In this document: piece after piece, positions 58,486 to 64,000 of the stretch
How positions within the stretch are numbered: the stretch's first letter is position 1
How the letters are laid out: each line of letters opens with the position of its first letter
Source: Candidatus Undinarchaeota archaeon
Lineage (GTDB): Archaea > Undinarchaeota > Undinarchaeia > Undinarchaeales > UBA543
NCBI GenBank assembly: GCA_964636545.1
Contig: CAZWSR010000004.1
Span: 9,524-73,523, forward strand
Reading direction: 5' to 3'
Length of the DNA: 64,000 nt
Notes under the pieces: generated by a model
The model's database searches: none
Told to the model about the DNA's origin: nothing
Seen by the model: the letters and a program-made list of their open reading frames with translations, nothing else
Position numbers and translations under genes: made by a program

Positions 58486-60441
58486 TTACATACCTCCAAA
58501 ATCGCTTGGTATACCGCGAGTTGTCTTTGCACAATCAAGGCAGTGTGTGAACTCAGGACTAAATGCAATTTGGTCATTCGTGGTTTCCTTGAAAACCTTC
58601 TTGACAAAGTTTGAAATACTTGATGGATCAGGCCTTGATTCTCCAAGCCACAAGTGAGAAATGCTTCCTGCCTCGATCATTGGGTGGAACATTCCTTCTT
58701 TTTTAACTCTCTCAATTGGATTTACAGGAACAGAAATATTAAGCTGTGTACTGTTTGTGTAATAAATTTCATTTTTGTCAGGGAATCCCTTAACCACGGT
58801 TTTTGTTTGTTCAGGGAACATTTGCATGTCAAGACGAGCAAGTCTGTGGGCTGTACTTTCTGCAGGAGTTTGCTCTAGAACAAATTTCATGTCATATTCT
58901 TCTTTTAGTTTTTCAGTTTCTTTTTTCATTGTTGCTATGACACGCAAACCAAATTTGAAAGCGTCTTCAGATTCATGAAGCTCTTGACCAGTGTGGAATT
59001 GTACAAGTTCATTAAGCCCAACCATGCCAATTAAAAAAGATGCTTTATTGTATCTATAGTAATTTTCACCATCTTCTTTCATAGTAAGCATACCAAGCGG
59101 ACCTTTCTGTTCCATATCTAGTAAGCCCTTGACAAACTTCCTCTTTTGTGAGTGAGCTTTTCCAATTAATTGTAAATGCTCTCTCAAAAGTTCAAACAAT
59201 TTATCATCATCTCCTTTTGCTTTATATGCAATTCGCGGAAGATTAACTGTTGCAATTTGCATTGCACTGTAACGCATTTTCCAAGGAGTTTTTGCATCTT
59301 CTAAATCCTCTGCTTCTAATTTGAAGGATAATCTACAACATTCACTGATTTTTGCAGTATCTCCACGATCAAGAAGATAGTATGTATTACCCATTTCAGA
59401 AGATAATTTAGCTGCTTTTTCCAAAAATTCATCATTTCCATCTGTTTTAAAGAATTTTTCAGTTATGTGCAAATTTGGTTTTGGAAAGAAAAACGGTCTT
59501 CCGCGAGCATCTCCCTGAGTATACACTGAAAAAAGTGCAGTAATGAATCTTCTTGCATCTTCAGAATAATCCTGATAAGTTAAACCAGTGAACTCTCCCC
59601 CAGGGCCAATTGCAGGAACATTTGCAAAGTGTTTTGGAACTTCCCAATAAAGATTAAGATCTGAGAAAATACTTTGTCCACCTCGTGCAACTGCCTGTTG
59701 TGCAAATTCAAAAATAAGGATTTGTGCATATTGTTCTAATTGTTTATCTGTTTTTCCTTTAAGATATGGAGCTAAAAACAAGTTAACTGCATCCCAGCCA
59801 ATTGCTCCAGCGAAAGTACCTTGCAAAGCTGCACTGAATTTAATCATCTGACCAATAAGAACTTCAGGGTGTTTTGCTGGCTTTGCAATTGAAAGTGAAT
59901 TTGGAAGAGAAAGACCGAATTTTTTAACATATTCTAGTGAATTTCCTGAACAATATGGCCTGTCAATAAAACCAAGGTCGTGCAAGTGAATATCGCCATT
60001 CATATGCGCATCAGCAGCATCTGCACTAAACACATTAAGGAGCGCATACTCCTTCTTTACACCTTCTGCAAGTGTTAGATTTGTTGCTTCTGGGCCGTGT
60101 GGAACATTAGCATTTTCTTTATTATGCGCTGTGATGATCTGCTCAACGTCAAAAATAGGGAAACCAAGACGAGTATGTTGTTTTCTGATGTTCTCATAGC
60201 CGTATTCTATGAGTTTAGCATTAACAAGTTCACGAATAAGGGGTGCAGTAATGAATTTAATGCGTTCTTTTTTAACGAATTTTTCTACTTCTGCACAGAT
60301 AAATTGAGCTACTTTTTCATCAATATCAGTTTCTTTAACAAGTGCTTCAGCTATTCGTTGTTTATCCCATTTCACAATTTGTGAACTGGATGTACGCACG
60401 AAGAGTGCGAGGTCTGTTGTTTCTGATGGTGAATTGTCCAT
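58486..60441 (-). CDS. nrdD: class III anaerobic ribonucleotide reductase large subunit lacking the glycyl-radical C-terminus
   Basis: ATP cone, H..GDIHLHDL, PYC, SECCRL finger loop, EQTPAES, YYTNS; ends CLDCAKTTRGIPSDFGGM-stop. Confidence 0.93.
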   Translation of the reverse strand: MDNSPSETTDLALFVRTSSSQIVKWDKQRIAEALVKETDIDEKVAQFICAEVEKFVKKERIKFITAPLIRELVNAKLIEYGYENIRKQHTRLGFPIFDVEQIITAHNKENANVPHGPEATNLTLAEGVKKEYALLNVFSADAADAHMNGDIHLHDLGFIDRPYCSGNSLEYVKKFGLSLPNSLSIAKPAKHPEVLIGQMIKFSAALQGTFAGAIGWDAVNLFLAPYLKGKTDKQLEQYAQILIFEFAQQAVARGGQSIFSDLNLYWEVPKHFANVPAIGPGGEFTGLTYQDYSEDARRFITALFSVYTQGDARGRPFFFPKPNLHITEKFFKTDGNDEFLEKAAKLSSEMGNTYYLLDRGDTAKISECCRLSFKLEAEDLEDAKTPWKMRYSAMQIATVNLPRIAYKAKGDDDKLFELLREHLQLIGKAHSQKRKFVKGLLDMEQKGPLGMLTMKEDGENYYRYNKASFLIGMVGLNELVQFHTGQELHESEDAFKFGLRVIATMKKETEKLKEEYDMKFVLEQTPAESTAHRLARLDMQMFPEQTKTVVKGFPDKNEIYYTNSTQLNISVPVNPIERVKKEGMFHPMIEAGSISHLWLGESRPDPSSISNFVKKVFKETTNDQIAFSPEFTHCLDCAKTTRGIPSDFGGM

Positions 60442-60466
60442 TTTACTACTCCTTGGTGAAAAAACT

Positions 60467-60550
60467 GTTCGGTTATCGCCGAACTATTATAGTTACAAAG
60501 CGTTTATATGCTTTTACATACTCTAGAATATAGTTCGGTGTTTGGCGAAC
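60467..60550. promoter_or_regulatory. two TTCG-N8-CGAA operator boxes flanking the nrdD TATA box
   Basis: gttcggttatcgccgaac (60467-60484) and gttcggtgtttggcgaac (60533-60550); minus-strand aaaagcatataaa between them. Confidence 0.75.
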
Positions 60551-60554
60551 AAAA

Positions 60555-60626
60555 ATAGAGTTTAGAATTTAGATTTTAGAATTTAGAGTATATTCTAAAC
60601 TCCAAACTCCAAACTCCAAACTACAA
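60555..60626. repeat. palindromic heptamer array, class 3
   Basis: atagagt-ttagaat-ttagatt-ttagaat-ttagagt-AT-attctaa-actccaa-actccaa-actccaa-actacaa. Confidence 0.88.
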
Positions 60627-60661
60627 ATAAACTTAAATACCACAACTAGCAATACACTACT

Positions 60662-61003
60662 ATGGATCGTGAACCATCAGAGCCAAAAGGACATTTTGAA
60701 TTATATGCATCTAAAGACGAAATTATAGATTTGCGTGATCCAACAAGAATTAGAATAGTACACCTTCTTGCTGATTCTACAAAAGAATTTGATGAAATTG
60801 TGTCATTTATTGGCAAAGCAAAATCAACAATATCCGTGCATCTTGACACATTAGAACAGCGTGGTTTAATTAAAGCAATTGTAAATGAAAAAGATGCTCG
60901 TAGAAAAAGCTATAAGCTAGTTGCAAAACTAATTGCAATGTCAAGCAAAAATGATGCGAAGATTTATGTTGCTGACAAAAATTATTTTGAGGGACTGGGA
61001 TGA
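60662..61003 (+). CDS. ArsR-type wHTH regulator resembling the N-terminal domain of MsvR
   Basis: DPTRIRIVHLL....KEFDEIV..IGKAKSTISVHL..L...GLI.......DARRKSY. Confidence 0.85.
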   Translation: MDREPSEPKGHFELYASKDEIIDLRDPTRIRIVHLLADSTKEFDEIVSFIGKAKSTISVHLDTLEQRGLIKAIVNEKDARRKSYKLVAKLIAMSSKNDAKIYVADKNYFEGLG

Positions 61004-61596
61004 CACTAGTATTAAAAAGTACAACAGAACGAGTGCAAAAAATAAGAAACAAGCTATCAACATATTTAGTTGAAAGCAAGCAAAAACTGAATATTGAAAA
61101 AATTATAAAAAAACATGAAGAAATGTCAAAAAAAATAGAAAGATTAGAAGAACCAATTCCAACTGAAGCATATAACCTAAAAGGATTAACTGAGTGTTTT
61201 GAGAATTTTTTCAATATTTTAGAAAAGATGGATATGGATAAAATCAGTACTAGAGAAAGTATTAAGATTTTAAAAGAGACATATCAACAAAACAAGATTT
61301 TATTAAACTATACAAAAATAAGTGATAAGATTAACAAAACCAAAATAGCAAATTATGAAACTGCGATGAGTATTGTAGTAAAGAATATTAAAACACAAAA
61401 AGCAAAAGAAGAATTTATCAGAGTTGCATGGATGTTTAAAGCAATAGCAATGACTATGGCAAAAATAAAAATATTAGATGCTGTAATAAACAGTTGCTTA
61501 ATTATTGGAAAATATAATAGAGACGGGATGATGGTATATATAAATAAATTAATTAGAGGTGATGATATGGAGTATTGGGTAGAACCAGATAGTTAA
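61000..61596 (+). CDS. hypothetical helical protein (AT-rich)
   Basis: 198-aa ORF with ATGA overlap to the regulator. Confidence 0.55.
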   Translation: MTLVLKSTTERVQKIRNKLSTYLVESKQKLNIEKIIKKHEEMSKKIERLEEPIPTEAYNLKGLTECFENFFNILEKMDMDKISTRESIKILKETYQQNKILLNYTKISDKINKTKIANYETAMSIVVKNIKTQKAKEEFIRVAWMFKAIAMTMAKIKILDAVINSCLIIGKYNRDGMMVYINKLIRGDDMEYWVEPDS

Positions 61597-61615
61597 GCTG
61601 GTTTTTTAACTTTCA

Positions 61616-62032
61616 TTACTCTACATCAGCCATTGCAGCGTCAAGTGCAGTGTATTTCCATTCTACAGAATCGCCATCAACAAGCTCATAGGCATCTGCT
61701 CCAACACTTGGCATTTCACCATTGACATAGTACATCCAGTAATAATCAGTGCTTCCACCAATACTGTTAATTACAGTAACCATTGCACCCATGCCAGCAT
61801 AGGTTTCATATTCAATTTCTGCTGCGCCAACAAGTGCAACAAAAGCAGTTGTTCCAGATACCTGTGTTAATGTTTCAGTTGTTGTCTCTTTTTGACCAGC
61901 GTAATCTATTGACAAGCTTACTGTGAGTTCCGTGTTTTCTCCAGACTTCTTGTTGGAAGTGCTCTGGAGACATCCTGCTGTCGCCAGTATTGCTATCAAT
62001 AGTACTGCCAAGTACAAGTTTTGTTTTTTCAA
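61616..62032 (-). CDS. DUF4430-domain lipoprotein
   Basis: Lipobox LATAGC; V..IN......YYWMYYVNG....VGA..Y.L.DGD.VEW; TTG start with AGGAGG SD. Confidence 0.85.
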   Translation of the reverse strand: MKKQNLYLAVLLIAILATAGCLQSTSNKKSGENTELTVSLSIDYAGQKETTTETLTQVSGTTAFVALVGAAEIEYETYAGMGAMVTVINSIGGSTDYYWMYYVNGEMPSVGADAYELVDGDSVEWKYTALDAAMADVE

Positions 62033-62606
62033 TTATTTTTCCTCCTAATTTTGGTAATGTTTTTTTGACTCCCCATAATGCAGAACCGATTCCAATACTT
62101 GAAACCAGGTGCACTGCCACAAAAGGGAGTGATGTTAATATGAAAAGTGGAAGCCCGAAAAAGCCAGACCACATTGTGCCAAGAGTAAGAATAACAACTG
62201 TTTCATAAACTAAAATTCCAGCAACAATTGCAACTGTATACATTTTAAAATTTTTCCATGTTTTGCCAAACCAGCCAGCTGTGTAACCAGCAAGACCAGC
62301 ACCAAGGCACTGGAAAATAGTCCATGGACCTTGACCGCCCCAGACCATGAAATTTGAAAGATAAAATGCAGAAGTTCCTGTTGCAAAACCATAAGATGAA
62401 CCAAGCATAAATCCTGCAAGAATTGCAAAAGGAGTTATTGGCTCAACACTAGGAACATTTTGCAGAGCAACGCGTCCTGCAACTGCAGCACTTGTAAGTG
62501 CAAAAAGAATAATAAGAGACCTCAAGTTCTGTCTAAGATCAAGTTTTTGAGTAACTTTGCTAATTAAAACCTGCGCAGTATTTTGTTTTGTAATTGTTTT
62601 CTGCAT
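61875..62606 (-). CDS. ECF transporter S component (CbrT-like, possibly cobalamin)
   Basis: A.GR.....P.V.P.T, G...G......SNF...GQGPWT.FQ; paired with a DUF4430 gene. Confidence 0.8.
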   Translation of the reverse strand: MQKTITKQNTAQVLISKVTQKLDLRQNLRSLIILFALTSAAVAGRVALQNVPSVEPITPFAILAGFMLGSSYGFATGTSAFYLSNFMVWGGQGPWTIFQCLGAGLAGYTAGWFGKTWKNFKMYTVAIVAGILVYETVVILTLGTMWSGFFGLPLFILTSLPFVAVHLVSSIGIGSALWGVKKTLPKLGGKIIEKTKLVLGSTIDSNTGDSRMSPEHFQQEVWRKHGTHSKLVNRLRWSKRDNN

Positions 62607-62656
62607 TATTCCCCTCACTAATTAAATAGAACTGCTATTTAAAAACATTACCAATT

Positions 62657-64000
62657 TCACTTCGCAGCATTCATTTTCTTTGCAATATCTGCGTCGCCCC
62701 ATCCCTGTTTCTTAAGTTCAACTTTTATTTGCGCATCAGTGAAACCATTTGCTCTGCAGGATTTGACATATGCTACTGCAGGATCAGCTGGTTTTGTAAC
62801 AGGTGTTGGCTGAACTGGTTTAACTGCTGGCTTTACAACAGATGTTGGTTTTGTAACAGGAGTGGCTACTGGCTTTGCTATTGGTTTGATTGCTGGTAAT
62901 GGCTTAACAGGAGTTAGTGGTTTAGCAGCAGGTTTTGCACCAGTTACTGGTTTTGCTGCTGGTTTCTTTCCAGTCAGACCACCAATGCTTGGCATTTCAC
63001 CTTCACCTTTCATTTTAGTGTATTGTTTGTATCCGAAGAATCCACCTGCACCAAGAACAATGAGGATTAGTGGAATAAGAACCCACAAGCTGAAAACAAC
63101 ATCCATGATTGATCGCTCTTCTCCGCCTGCTTCTTGTGATCTGGATTCAGTTTCTTGATCAACATCTGGTTCTGGATCTTGAGTTGGTGCTGCAGGAGGA
63201 ACTGGGTCTGGGGTTGCTGGTGGTTTTGGTTTTGTTGTTTCTTTCTTTACAGGAGGTTTTTGTTTAGTTGTAACTTTCACACTTTCTTTAACACACCCAT
63301 TTCCAATACATTCATAACCAGAATTACAATCAGAATTTGCTTTGCACATTACACAATTATTATTAAAACATAAGTCCTTAGTACCAGTACAGTCAGTATC
63401 TGCCTTGCATGCTTTACAGTGTTCACTTATGCAGAATTTATTAGTAGTATCAGTACATTCAGAATCTTTAGTACACTCTGGTGGAATTTCTTCACAAGCA
63501 TTATCTGTGCATTGGAAACCAGCTTCACACTGAGTGTCTGCCACACATTCAACACAAAAACCAGCATCACAATATTCCTCGTCACAATCAACATCAACTG
63601 AACATTCTGGCTCAACATATTCATTATCAGATATTAACGTCCCAGGCACATACATCACTTGATTACTTGTTGAATCAGCACCAATTTGCATGCCCTGATT
63701 ATCTCCTAAAACAACATCTTTAACTATTATAGCACCTTGGCTAATTGGAGTAAATGACAGTTTTACAAGAACTCCGTCACCAGTAACGCCACTAAAACCA
63801 GGAGCATTAACCACAACCATGCCGTTTTCTGTGTTTACAACAACGCTTGCCCCAGATGAAAATTCGCCTGCTTCAGCACCTAAGAAAGTGAGTGAGTTTT
63901 GGCTATAATCTACTTGGAATGATGCAGTATCAAAATCCTCGACATTTTTGATATTAACACGAACTATAACATTATTACTTTCTCCTTCAAGAACTGGAGA
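62657..64000 (-). CDS. membrane-anchored surface protein (cohesin-like domain, Cys-rich repeats, Pro-rich linker, TM, cytoplasmic tail); 5' end beyond the window
   Basis: Frame open to 64000 (VIVRVNIKNVEDFDTASFQVDY...GDGVLVKLSF); C..D.DC repeats; TM; terminal YVK..R..G.....I...L...GW motif. Confidence 0.8.
   Translation of the reverse strand, partial: SPVLEGESNNVIVRVNIKNVEDFDTASFQVDYSQNSLTFLGAEAGEFSSGASVVVNTENGMVVVNAPGFSGVTGDGVLVKLSFTPISQGAIIVKDVVLGDNQGMQIGADSTSNQVMYVPGTLISDNEYVEPECSVDVDCDEEYCDAGFCVECVADTQCEAGFQCTDNACEEIPPECTKDSECTDTTNKFCISEHCKACKADTDCTGTKDLCFNNNCVMCKANSDCNSGYECIGNGCVKESVKVTTKQKPPVKKETTKPKPPATPDPVPPAAPTQDPEPDVDQETESRSQEAGGEERSIMDVVFSLWVLIPLILIVLGAGGFFGYKQYTKMKGEGEMPSIGGLTGKKPAAKPVTGAKPAAKPLTPVKPLPAIKPIAKPVATPVTKPTSVVKPAVKPVQPTPVTKPADPAVAYVKSCRANGFTDAQIKVELKKQGWGDADIAKKMNAAK

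Noticed and set aside
58434-58646. nrdD as a simple frameshifted pseudogene
   Set aside because: The downstream part has its own SD and ATG, both parts keep intact motifs, nrdG and the redoxin are intact, and fusion would give an abnormal CxxC spacing; read-level confirmation is still needed

Overview
Chromosomal segment of an AT-rich archaeon. The gene content, the unlinked 5S rRNA and the long K/E-rich protein tails suggest a DPANN-type lineage; this is inference only. Core genes include the S10/spc ribosomal protein superoperon (rpl22 to rpl15, secY, EMC3-like, cmk, cbf5) and the rpoH-B''-B'-A'-A''-nusA-rps12-rps7-EF2-EF1a-rps10 cluster. The window also carries a stand-alone 5S rRNA, 8 tRNAs (Met and Tyr with BHB introns), tRNA-modifying enzymes, a folate/ThyX thymidylate cluster, a cation/Ca2+ transport operon, TFE and a class III ribonucleotide reductase operon. 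Most notable observations: (1) ten palindromic heptamer-array elements in three sequence classes at gene junctions, one of which carries an Avd/IVP-like four-helix-bundle gene between its arms while the others look like empty versions; (2) an apparently naturally split NrdD whose glycyl-radical domain is a separate 67-aa gene, next to a V4R-less MsvR-like regulator with two TTCG-N8-CGAA boxes; (3) a covarying palindromic repeat locus at 16.1 kb beside two unannotated Cys-rich microproteins; (4) TFE with a histone-H1-like tail; (5) an orphan ATPase-wHTH plus Zn-ribbon gene pair. All calls come from manual motif recognition; no database searches were run.
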